Below, one piece after another: positions 1 through 8,217 of a stretch of 25,025 bases of DNA. The notes under the pieces are model-generated. The model did not search any database. It had not been told where the DNA came from and was given only the letters and a program-made list of their open reading frames with translations. The DNA lies in IMG/VR virus record IMGVR_UViG_3300025141_000689, positions 1-25,025 of that record. One strand, written 5' to 3'. The translations under genes were made by a program, and so were the position numbers. Position 1 is the stretch's first letter; each line of letters starts with the position of its first letter. The DNA is from a virus. Its lineage: Duplodnaviria; Caudoviricetes.

Positions 1-1238
1 ACAAAAACTGGTATTCCCAGGAAATTCCTACCCACCTTGCGGATCATATAAAACCCAAAACGGTTTTATGGCAGGCTACGATCAATCAAAAACAACAAAA
101 AGTATTAGATACCTTATTTGAAACAGGACTTGATTTTCACATTCTAGTTATGAATGTTGAAGCATTTAGTACTAAGAAAGGTGTAGATTTTGCAGGAAGA
201 TTTTTAAATTCACATAATACCTTTATGGTTATTGATGAATCTACAACTATTAAAAACCCAGGAGCTAAAAGAACAAAGAATATAGTATCATTAGGTAAGT
301 ATGCAAAATATCGTAGAATTATGACAGGATCTCCTGTCACTAAGTCCCCATTAGATTTATATAAACAATGTGAATTTTTAGATGAATATTTATTAGACCA
401 CTCTTCTTATTATACCTTTAGAACTAGATACGCCATTATGCGTAAAGCAAACTTTAATGGGAGATCAGTAGAAATTGTAGTAGGTTATAAGAATCTTGGT
501 GAATTATCAGATAAGTTAAAACCTTTTTCTTACAGAGTATTAAAAGATGACTGCTTAGACCTACCTAAGAAAACTTTTATGAAAAGAGTTATTACTTTAA
601 GTGCTGAACAAGAGAAAGTTTATAAACAAATGAAGGAAATGGCACTTGCCCAGTTAAACGGGAAGTTATTAACAACTGCTAATGCATTGTCTCAATTAAT
701 GAGATTACATCAAATTACGTGTGGCCATTTTAAGGCTAATGATGGCTCAACTCAGACAGTTAAGAATAATAGGTTAAATGAGTTAAGTGAGCTATTAGAG
801 GAAGTGGAAGGTAAAGCCATTATATGGGCTCATTACCAATATGACGTTCAAACAGTCATAGATGCAATTAAGAAAGAATACGGTGAGGACTCGGTTGTGG
901 ACTATTATGGGAAAACCCCTAATGAAGATAGACAGCCTAATATAGAGAAATTTCAGTCCGACCCTAAGTGCCGGTTTTTGGTTGGAACCCCCTCTACGGG
1001 CGGCTATGGCCTTACATTGACCGCTGCTAGCACCATGATTTACTATTCTAACGGATATGACCTAGAGAAGCGTCAGCAGTCTGAAGCCCGAATTGACCGA
1101 ATAGGGCAAGAAAAACCTATGACCTATATTGACATAATATGTGAAGATACGGTGGATGAGAGAATTGTAAAAGCTTTAAGAAAGAAGATTAATATCGCTA
1201 CTGAAATAATGGGTGAAGAGCTAAAAGATTGGATTTAA
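1..1238 (+). CDS. SNF2-family (SF2) DNA helicase/ATPase, 5'-truncated by the window edge
   Basis: The frame is open from position 3 (KNWYSQEIPTHL...) into the listed ORF. Motifs seen: II (VIDES), III (MTGSP), the LMRLHQI segment, V (GGYGLTLT) and VI (QSEARIDRIGQ). Confidence 0.92.
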   Translation, partial: KNWYSQEIPTHLADHIKPKTVLWQATINQKQQKVLDTLFETGLDFHILVMNVEAFSTKKGVDFAGRFLNSHNTFMVIDESTTIKNPGAKRTKNIVSLGKYAKYRRIMTGSPVTKSPLDLYKQCEFLDEYLLDHSSYYTFRTRYAIMRKANFNGRSVEIVVGYKNLGELSDKLKPFSYRVLKDDCLDLPKKTFMKRVITLSAEQEKVYKQMKEMALAQLNGKLLTTANALSQLMRLHQITCGHFKANDGSTQTVKNNRLNELSELLEEVEGKAIIWAHYQYDVQTVIDAIKKEYGEDSVVDYYGKTPNEDRQPNIEKFQSDPKCRFLVGTPSTGGYGLTLTAASTMIYYSNGYDLEKRQQSEARIDRIGQEKPMTYIDIICEDTVDERIVKALRKKINIATEIMGEELKDWI

Positions 1239-1284
1239 TCTCAGAAAATGTAGGACTCGTACGCGTAGCGCGCTGAGATTTTTT
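1237..1284. terminator. Possible terminator between convergent genes
   Basis: AATCTCAG (1237-1244) and CTGAGATT (1273-1280) form an inverted repeat followed by a T run on +. It lies between the helicase and endolysin stop codons. The 28-nt loop is long for a classical terminator. Confidence 0.4.
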
Positions 1285-1768
1285 ATTCTACGACTTTGCC
1301 GTCTTTCCACTTCATGTCTGGTAAACCATTTTCGTAATGTTTGCCATCGAAAGTGAGAATCTGTTTTCTGTTCGCACCTTTTTCATTGTACGAAACGTGG
1401 ACCCAGCCACCAGCTGGATCATCTTTTTTATAGAACTCTAAAATTAATTGATCGAAGTCTACGTTATTAGACAGCCAGTAAGCCGTCTTAATATTTGGAA
1501 CACCTGCTATTTCAAAATCGACCGCCTGGCCCTTTGCATGTTGCGACGTTTTTTTGCTGCCGATCGCTTCACACAGCGCCTCGGAGCGGTAGCCAGAGGT
1601 AATAGTAATGGGTTTATCAAAGTGCGCACGAACCGGTTCCAATATTTCATAACATACGTTCTCCAAATTTTTAATATCACCCGCTCCAGGATTATTATCA
1701 ATCCCTTTACGAGTTGCTGTCATTGATTTAGTAAACTCTTCGAGCTTAAAATGTTTTGATAGTTGCAT
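1283..1768 (-). CDS. Peptidase M15A-family zinc peptidase, probable endolysin
   Basis: Motifs LSKHFKLEEF, ITSGYRS, SQHAKGQAVD (H and D zinc ligands) and WVHVSY (third ligand). It is the last gene of the late operon. Confidence 0.9.
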   Translation of the reverse strand: MQLSKHFKLEEFTKSMTATRKGIDNNPGAGDIKNLENVCYEILEPVRAHFDKPITITSGYRSEALCEAIGSKKTSQHAKGQAVDFEIAGVPNIKTAYWLSNNVDFDQLILEFYKKDDPAGGWVHVSYNEKGANRKQILTFDGKHYENGLPDMKWKDGKVVE

Positions 1769-1771
1769 GAT

Positions 1772-1963
1772 TTATTTTGTGATTAATGTAAATATAACAT
1801 AGGCCATACCTGTAATCAAGGCACCAACAGATACTAATAGAATACTTTCCACTCTATTAATTTGGTGTTCTATTTTATTGATTTTATCATGAGTTTGTTT
1901 TTGCATAATCCTGCAAAGTTTTTCATGAGAATCAATTCGTTGTATAGCGTTTTGTTTAGGCAT
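1772..1963 (-). CDS. Small coiled-coil protein with C-terminal transmembrane helix, holin-like candidate
   Basis: 63 aa with a hydrophobic C-terminal stretch ILLVSVGALITGMAYVIFTLI. It lies directly upstream of the endolysin, and its start overlaps the previous stop (TAATG). Confidence 0.6.
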   Translation of the reverse strand: MPKQNAIQRIDSHEKLCRIMQKQTHDKINKIEHQINRVESILLVSVGALITGMAYVIFTLITK

Positions 1964-4900
1964 TAAGCAGTCAACCCCCTCTGTCTTAGACGCATTGCTT
2001 TTTCTTCGTTGGACAATAACGCCTCTTCTATGCTTGTCAACCCAGTATTTTGATTAATATTACCAGGTAATGCTGCAGTTTTAACTACTTCTTCTGATAC
2101 TTCTGATGTTTCAACTGGTATGTTAGGTTGGATAGAAACTTTATCTTTACTACCTACAACTCTTAATGGATTTATAATCTCAGGCCATTCAGCTCCTGGT
2201 TTTAAATTAATCTGGTATAGCTGTCTTAAGATAGCATTGATTGCACTACTTACTTCTGAGTAAGGATTATCTAATCCAATTTCTCTAGCGTTTAACGCCA
2301 TACTATTTATAATATTATTTGATACTTCATAAGGTTGAAAGGTGTTACTAATTAATCTTCCAAAAGTTTTATTACCTAATCTTTTTGTAGCTAAAAAGAC
2401 ATCCGAAGTATTCATCCCTAATTCTTGCGCACCTTTAATATCATCGCTCATAGTTTTTTGAACTTTCCATAAAGCTTTGTTAGCTGCAAGGTAAGCATCT
2501 ACTAATTCAACAGGATCAATAGGTCCTTTTTTTAATGCAACTTTATTAAATATTTTTTTAGAATTTCTTTCACCAGCTGCGAAGTCTGCTTGTTTAAAGT
2601 TTAATGCATTTTTAATATCTAATTTAACAGCCCGCGCTCCAATAATACCTAGACCTTCATCTAAAATTTCATACGATCTTCCGTTCTCATCATACTTTCC
2701 AATCTTACCCCACTTAAATGGTCCACCGAGATCTCCTGTTTGAAAAGGAGTATCGAACCCGGTGATTGCGTAATCAATTCTACCAATTTGTTTTAAACTT
2801 CCTGGCATTTGAGCTTTAAGTAAATGCATAAATATTTTTTCTGCTTTAACACCGTCCGAATCATTTTCATTCCAGACTTCATATCCTTCTCGCGTTCTTC
2901 CTGTTCTAACTACTACATCAGCCAAAGCTTCAGTCCAAATAGATTCAGACACAAATGGTTGTGCAATATCTCCAAAACCTTTTAATGATCCCAGTAAAAA
3001 GTTATTCATGATGGCTTCATCATTTAATTGACCATCAGCTACTTCATTAATAGCTGCTTGCCATGGTTTTAATAGGGTGTCGTAAGCATTAGCGTGACTA
3101 AAATCGATATACTTCCAGTTCCCTTCTTCATCTTTGATAGGAATGATTGTAGAATTTTTTGACCAAGGAGCTACGAATCTTCTGATAGCTGCTAGTTGTT
3201 CTTCACTCACATCATATAAAGTTTGTCCTAGTTTAGTTGCACCGTAAGGTACCGCCGCCATCGTAAATGCCATACCCATTAGACGTTGCATTCCAATTCT
3301 TCTTAGTGTTGGATCTTTAATTTCTCTTAATGCTGTTCTTAAAATATTAGTAGAGGTTCTTAAAATTTCTGCAGGGAACGATACGAAGTTACCTACTGGC
3401 CATCTACGTAAAGCTTTAATAGATTGAGATACGTAGTCATAGTTAGGTACGTTATTTCTAACAACGTTTGCAGCCATTTCATCTAAAGCATCATCACTAA
3501 TAGTTTTACCGGCTCTTTTATAAGCTGACGCAAATCTAGATCTCTCTCCTAAGAAGGTAGCAATTTTCCAGAAGTCATCCTCAGCTGTGTAAGCATCTTC
3601 TGTCCACTTTTTTAGTTTAGAAAGAGGTGATAACAAACCTCTCAATCCTCTGTCTGCTGATACGGTGGATCCAAAGTCAATATCTTTTAAAAGATGTCTT
3701 AAATCTCCCATTCTAACATTGGTATTAACAACTCCTAGTCGTGCTAGTTTTTGATAGAACTCTGCTTCAACTCTTGTACCTGGAGCTGCTACTTGTAAAT
3801 TTCTCCAAGCCGTTCGAGCCATACGTGGAGTGATTCCAATTCCTGGAGCCAGTCCATTGGCTACAGCAAATGCACCTGCACTTATAAAGTTTCTTGCATG
3901 AGTTACAGGAGATAAAATTGTTTTAGCCATTTGTGATGTGGCTTTAGGTAATAAAACTAAATTTCTATAGATGGCATTGTCTGCCCAATTAGCTTGGGTA
4001 ACACCTGAAGCAGCTTCAATTGCTTCGGCTACTTCTTTTAAAGCATACTTACCTGCTGCTGGATTCCCGATACCTGCTTCTGTACTATTGATTGCAATCT
4101 CTCGGTACATACTATCATCAAAACTATCTCCTTGTTTAGCAGCTACTTCAGCAACTTGTTCTATACTATCAAAGAACAAAGGACGTTTTCCTGCTTTGAT
4201 AGCTGCGTTAGAAGTTAAAGCTAAACTATTTAATAATAAATTACGTCTCGTAATAGCAGAGACCGCTCCTGTTTGTGCTAGTATAGTTTCTACAGGGTTT
4301 TTAGTTTTACCTAAAATTTCTTCGACAATTTTTCTTTTGTCTCCTTTTAAAAAAGAAATATCTAACTCTTTAGATGCAGCACGTTGAGCTAAACTTTTTC
4401 CAGTAAAAAAATCTGGTAGTTTAACTAAAGCATCTGAGTCAAAATTCTTTGGAGGCTTCGCTGTTTTAGCAATGTTATTTACTAAAGTTTTAGCTTCTTC
4501 AAAAGTAATAGGAGTCTTGTTTCTTTCCGCTGCTGTTCTAAATACTTTAATAGCTTTGTCCATTACCTGAGTAGGAACTTTGTAATTTAACATTGGAATA
4601 ATAGAACGATTCGAGAAGATATCGTAAGTTGCTCCAAGATAATTTTTAAATTTTTTACCAAACAAAGTTTTAAATTCACCAAATGTTCCTTTCATCGCTT
4701 TGATCTTTGCTTTTTCTCCTGCTTTAATTCCTTTACCTAAAGTTGAAAACATATCTGCCCACTCAGCACGCATTGCTTCTAATTGATCAAAGATGTCGTC
4801 TGTTTGTTTTGAACTGTGAGCTATGTTATTTTTATTTAAAAATTTTTCTACTTTAGTTTTAAAAGATTTATTAATTCCACCTGTTACTTTAACATTTTTT

Positions 4901-5958
4901 AATTTCTTAGTTAATGGATCCATTACTTGTCTTGTTAATGTTTCTCCGAACTGAACGGTTCCATTGTTTAATACTTTAGGAGATCCTGATACTAGACCGT
5001 CGTTTAATAATTCTAATAGCTCTTTTCTTTGAGACTTAGTAGATCGATCAAAGGTTCTTTGCATAAATGGAAACAAACCATCTACTTTTTTATTTAAATT
5101 TCTTGCAATAGTCTGAGCCACATTAATGTCAGCATACTTTTGACCTATAATTTTTCTTTGTGCTTCAAATAATTCAGGAGTCATTCTACCTTCTTTTTTA
5201 AAGTGACTTAAAAAATTAAATAGTTTTTTATCAATAGCGTTGTCTGCATAACGCATCGCTTCAGTTCTTCCTGATAAAAGTTTTAAAGTTTTACCTAGTC
5301 CACCAATCAATCCAGTAAACAAAGCACCTTCTGTTCCAAATTTAATTCTATTAACTAAAGCTCTACCGGGATCATAGTTGTCTCCTTTATTTTCATGAAG
5401 TCTTGTTGGTCCACCAATCAGTTGACCAAAGGTTCCAGCTTTCTCTACATCACCTATAAAAATTCCTTCAGCTGTACCTCCAGTGATGGCACCTACACCA
5501 AATTTTGCTACTCTTCCTTTCTGATTTAATCTTGCAAGTTTACTTGCACTCTCCATTAATACTTTACCAGACTCATCCGTCATGGTAAAATACTTACCTA
5601 ATTTTTTAGATCTCAATGCGGCATTCGCCATTGAAGTTCCTATTTTAAAACCTACTCCACCTGGAACACCGATGTTAACTAATAGTTCTGTAATTTTTCC
5701 TGCAGTAGTAGCTGCCGCTTTCTCATCCAACTCTGTTAGATCATCAAAATATTTTTCTACTTGTGCTGCTTTGTTAGTACCAGCCCCTAAGTCTATAAGA
5801 CTTGCACCTAATGAAAATAAACCTTTTGGAATTTGAATAAGACCTGAACCTACACCAGCAAGAATAGATTCGAATTGAGATATTTTATTATATTTTTCAG
5901 GACCACTAACAATAGATTCGCTTTGTTTATCTAGTTCGGCAAGGGAGTTAAACGCCAT
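1963..5958 (-). CDS. Large putative internal virion / DNA ejection protein (1331 aa)
   Basis: Long helical-looking ORF with a Gly/Ala-rich hydrophobic N-terminal region and a GGAGGA RBS. It is the last and largest gene after the tail genes, as for podovirus ejection proteins. No catalytic motif recognised. Confidence 0.65.
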   Translation of the reverse strand: MAFNSLAELDKQSESIVSGPEKYNKISQFESILAGVGSGLIQIPKGLFSLGASLIDLGAGTNKAAQVEKYFDDLTELDEKAAATTAGKITELLVNIGVPGGVGFKIGTSMANAALRSKKLGKYFTMTDESGKVLMESASKLARLNQKGRVAKFGVGAITGGTAEGIFIGDVEKAGTFGQLIGGPTRLHENKGDNYDPGRALVNRIKFGTEGALFTGLIGGLGKTLKLLSGRTEAMRYADNAIDKKLFNFLSHFKKEGRMTPELFEAQRKIIGQKYADINVAQTIARNLNKKVDGLFPFMQRTFDRSTKSQRKELLELLNDGLVSGSPKVLNNGTVQFGETLTRQVMDPLTKKLKNVKVTGGINKSFKTKVEKFLNKNNIAHSSKQTDDIFDQLEAMRAEWADMFSTLGKGIKAGEKAKIKAMKGTFGEFKTLFGKKFKNYLGATYDIFSNRSIIPMLNYKVPTQVMDKAIKVFRTAAERNKTPITFEEAKTLVNNIAKTAKPPKNFDSDALVKLPDFFTGKSLAQRAASKELDISFLKGDKRKIVEEILGKTKNPVETILAQTGAVSAITRRNLLLNSLALTSNAAIKAGKRPLFFDSIEQVAEVAAKQGDSFDDSMYREIAINSTEAGIGNPAAGKYALKEVAEAIEAASGVTQANWADNAIYRNLVLLPKATSQMAKTILSPVTHARNFISAGAFAVANGLAPGIGITPRMARTAWRNLQVAAPGTRVEAEFYQKLARLGVVNTNVRMGDLRHLLKDIDFGSTVSADRGLRGLLSPLSKLKKWTEDAYTAEDDFWKIATFLGERSRFASAYKRAGKTISDDALDEMAANVVRNNVPNYDYVSQSIKALRRWPVGNFVSFPAEILRTSTNILRTALREIKDPTLRRIGMQRLMGMAFTMAAVPYGATKLGQTLYDVSEEQLAAIRRFVAPWSKNSTIIPIKDEEGNWKYIDFSHANAYDTLLKPWQAAINEVADGQLNDEAIMNNFLLGSLKGFGDIAQPFVSESIWTEALADVVVRTGRTREGYEVWNENDSDGVKAEKIFMHLLKAQMPGSLKQIGRIDYAITGFDTPFQTGDLGGPFKWGKIGKYDENGRSYEILDEGLGIIGARAVKLDIKNALNFKQADFAAGERNSKKIFNKVALKKGPIDPVELVDAYLAANKALWKVQKTMSDDIKGAQELGMNTSDVFLATKRLGNKTFGRLISNTFQPYEVSNNIINSMALNAREIGLDNPYSEVSSAINAILRQLYQINLKPGAEWPEIINPLRVVGSKDKVSIQPNIPVETSEVSEEVVKTAALPGNINQNTGLTSIEEALLSNEEKAMRLRQRGLTA

Positions 5959-5966
5959 GGTTCCTC

Positions 5967-7232
5967 CTATGAATCAAAACTCTTATTTACTTCAGACTTC
6001 CACCATGCGGCAAGTTCATTCATTTCATCTGCATCTGGATCAGGTTCTAAAGTTCCTTCTGCATAGCCGGCTCTGCCTCCGCTAGCCATTTTTTCTGTTA
6101 CTTGAATATCTTCTGTTTCTGAGAATATGGTTCCTCTTTTCCCTGGTTTTACATGTGCATAAGTGTCTGCCATCTTTTTCTTTTCTAATATTTTTTTGAA
6201 TGCAGGAAGGGACATTTCATTTTCAGCTAAATTTTTAGACCATGTTTTAGTACCATCGGGTTCTACAATTTTAATTCCTACCTTCGCTGCCTCATCAAAG
6301 ATGATTGACTTGTCATTGATGTCTACGTCTTTAAGGTTAGTTACTATCTTCATTTTAATAGATTCGTTTTTTTTCTCTGAGCTAAACTTTGAATCCGGAA
6401 CGAAAGGATCCTCTAATTTTTCCTCTGATTTCTTAACTGTTAGACCACCTTTAGCTTGTTCATATGAATCAAAATAAATTGGATTAGCATTAGCTGTTTG
6501 TGCATTTTCAACTACTAACCATTTCTGGGTCATAGGATCCCAGTAAACCATGCCGCCTGCTAATTGAGCTACATCATAATCCCATTTGCCTTCTACTTTT
6601 TTAAATGCAGATGATGGTATTACCATTGCTGTTACAACTTCCTCACCACCTTGCATGTTATTAATGGTTACTAATCCTTGAGCAATACCTTGAGCATAAC
6701 CTGCTAATTCAAACTCTGATCCAGGATTACCTCTGTTTTGTGATGCAATCTTAATAATATTTTCTGTTAATTCTGATATCTGTCTTGGTATAGACTTATC
6801 TTTTAATAAAGGATTTTTACCTGACGCGTCAATTTGTGTTAGTATTTTATCTCTCTCAAATTTTTCTTCAGCCAGAAGTCTAGCTGCATCACTTTCAATG
6901 TTAGCTAAGTCCACTGATTGTCCCATAGCGTCATCTACTTGTCTAGATTTACGAACACCTTGTGCTCCAGCATAAAGCATTTCTCCAATAGTTTTAGCAG
7001 AGCCATCATCTTTATATGGATTTCCTAACTCAGAAAAACCCTCCATAGCAAAACTTAAATCGCTTCTGGGTTTGTATAAACCTGCTCTTCTTTCATTAAT
7101 CTCTTCCCAAGTTGTACCTACTTTATAATTTTTTCTTGGCGTGTCGTAAGGTGACGTGATGCCAGTCCCTTGAGCCTGGAAACTTGAGCCTCCACGCTTG
7201 AACATAGGTCTCTTTAAAATTCTATTGTACAT
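5967..7232 (-). CDS. Putative internal virion protein (421 aa) with MFKRGG / MASGGRAGYAEG motifs
   Basis: Intact ORF in the ejection-protein block. N-terminal ILKRPMFKRGG and C-terminal MASGGRAGYAEG motifs. Confidence 0.55.
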   Translation of the reverse strand: MYNRILKRPMFKRGGSSFQAQGTGITSPYDTPRKNYKVGTTWEEINERRAGLYKPRSDLSFAMEGFSELGNPYKDDGSAKTIGEMLYAGAQGVRKSRQVDDAMGQSVDLANIESDAARLLAEEKFERDKILTQIDASGKNPLLKDKSIPRQISELTENIIKIASQNRGNPGSEFELAGYAQGIAQGLVTINNMQGGEEVVTAMVIPSSAFKKVEGKWDYDVAQLAGGMVYWDPMTQKWLVVENAQTANANPIYFDSYEQAKGGLTVKKSEEKLEDPFVPDSKFSSEKKNESIKMKIVTNLKDVDINDKSIIFDEAAKVGIKIVEPDGTKTWSKNLAENEMSLPAFKKILEKKKMADTYAHVKPGKRGTIFSETEDIQVTEKMASGGRAGYAEGTLEPDPDADEMNELAAWWKSEVNKSFDS

Positions 7233-7236
7233 AATT

Positions 7237-8217
7237 TTACCAATTACTCGGGTGCTGTGGATTATTGGTTGCTAGATTCCGGGGATTATAAACAGGTGTT
7301 GATGGAGGTGTATATACTTGTTGTGTTTTTTGTGCTCCCGTCGCTGTATTATCTCGTCCCAGTCCCAACATATAAGCTGCTGATATACCTCCACCGATTC
7401 CTGTCGCTAGTGGAGTTGGTTGGAATTGTTGTGAAGGTGATCCAGGCATTGCACCAGATACAGTACCATAAATATTTCCTACATCTTGAATTCTTTGCAG
7501 TGGTAATTGGTAACCTTGTTGTGCACCTAGAGCTAACTGATTTAATTTTTGTTGTTCTAATGCTTGGTCTTCTGCACCTAGTGCTTGAAGAGATCCTATT
7601 CCTTGTTGCGCTAAGCCAGTTTCATAAGTAGCTTGACCTTGTAGGTTAGCTAGTTGTTGTTGCTGTTGAGCTAATGCTTGTTGATATCCTTGACCTGTTA
7701 GACCAGCAAGTAATGCTGCTCTGTTTCTGTCAGACTCTGATTGATATGTTCCCATCTCAACCCCTTGTCTAGCTCCACCAAAAGCGCCAACGTTATAAGC
7801 ATTGTCTCTAATTTGCTGTCTTCCTCTACCAGCTTGGATGTCCCACTCTTGCATTGTTGTGTCTATGACTTCCTTTTGGTAAGGAGACATAAACTGTTGA
7901 TAACCTTTAGCTGGGTCTAATAAATTTTGTTGTGAAATCTGATCTAAGTAAGGTTGGTAAGAAGCTATTCCTGTTCCACCTGTAAAACCTGTTACTTGTC
8001 CTGTGGCATCTCTTTGAATGTCACCCATGCCATACATGTCGGCAAGTCTTTGATCACCTCTTTGTTGAAATGCTGTTTTACCAGCAATCTTAGGAGTTAA
8101 AGCTGCGACGTCAATAGGAGTCCCTAGTTGCCCGATACCATATTTAAGTATCTCTTTACCATAAGGTTGTAGTGTTGCGCTGGGTAATAGTCCACCCATC
8201 ATGTTTTCGTTTGCCAT
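7237..8217 (-). CDS. Putative DNA transfer / pilot (ejection) protein, Gln/Gly-rich
   Basis: FMSPYQKEVID...GAFGGARQGV motif, Gln-rich coiled coil and a late hydrophobic Gly-rich segment (LATGIGGGISAAYMLGL), typical of podovirus DNA-transfer proteins. Confidence 0.6.
   Translation of the reverse strand: MANENMMGGLLPSATLQPYGKEILKYGIGQLGTPIDVAALTPKIAGKTAFQQRGDQRLADMYGMGDIQRDATGQVTGFTGGTGIASYQPYLDQISQQNLLDPAKGYQQFMSPYQKEVIDTTMQEWDIQAGRGRQQIRDNAYNVGAFGGARQGVEMGTYQSESDRNRAALLAGLTGQGYQQALAQQQQQLANLQGQATYETGLAQQGIGSLQALGAEDQALEQQKLNQLALGAQQGYQLPLQRIQDVGNIYGTVSGAMPGSPSQQFQPTPLATGIGGGISAAYMLGLGRDNTATGAQKTQQVYTPPSTPVYNPRNLATNNPQHPSNW

Noticed and set aside
137-340. 67-aa ORF antisense to the helicase
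   Set aside because: Lies entirely opposite a well-supported helicase, with no RBS or motif.
1507-1701. Out-of-frame ORF nested in the endolysin, considered as an Rz1-like spanin
   Set aside because: No convincing signal peptide, lipobox or RBS. The basic composition is what a shifted frame would give.
1963-5958. Possible virion RNA polymerase or lytic transglycosylase domain in the 1331-aa protein
   Set aside because: No recognisable catalytic motif by eye. A profile search would be needed to exclude it.
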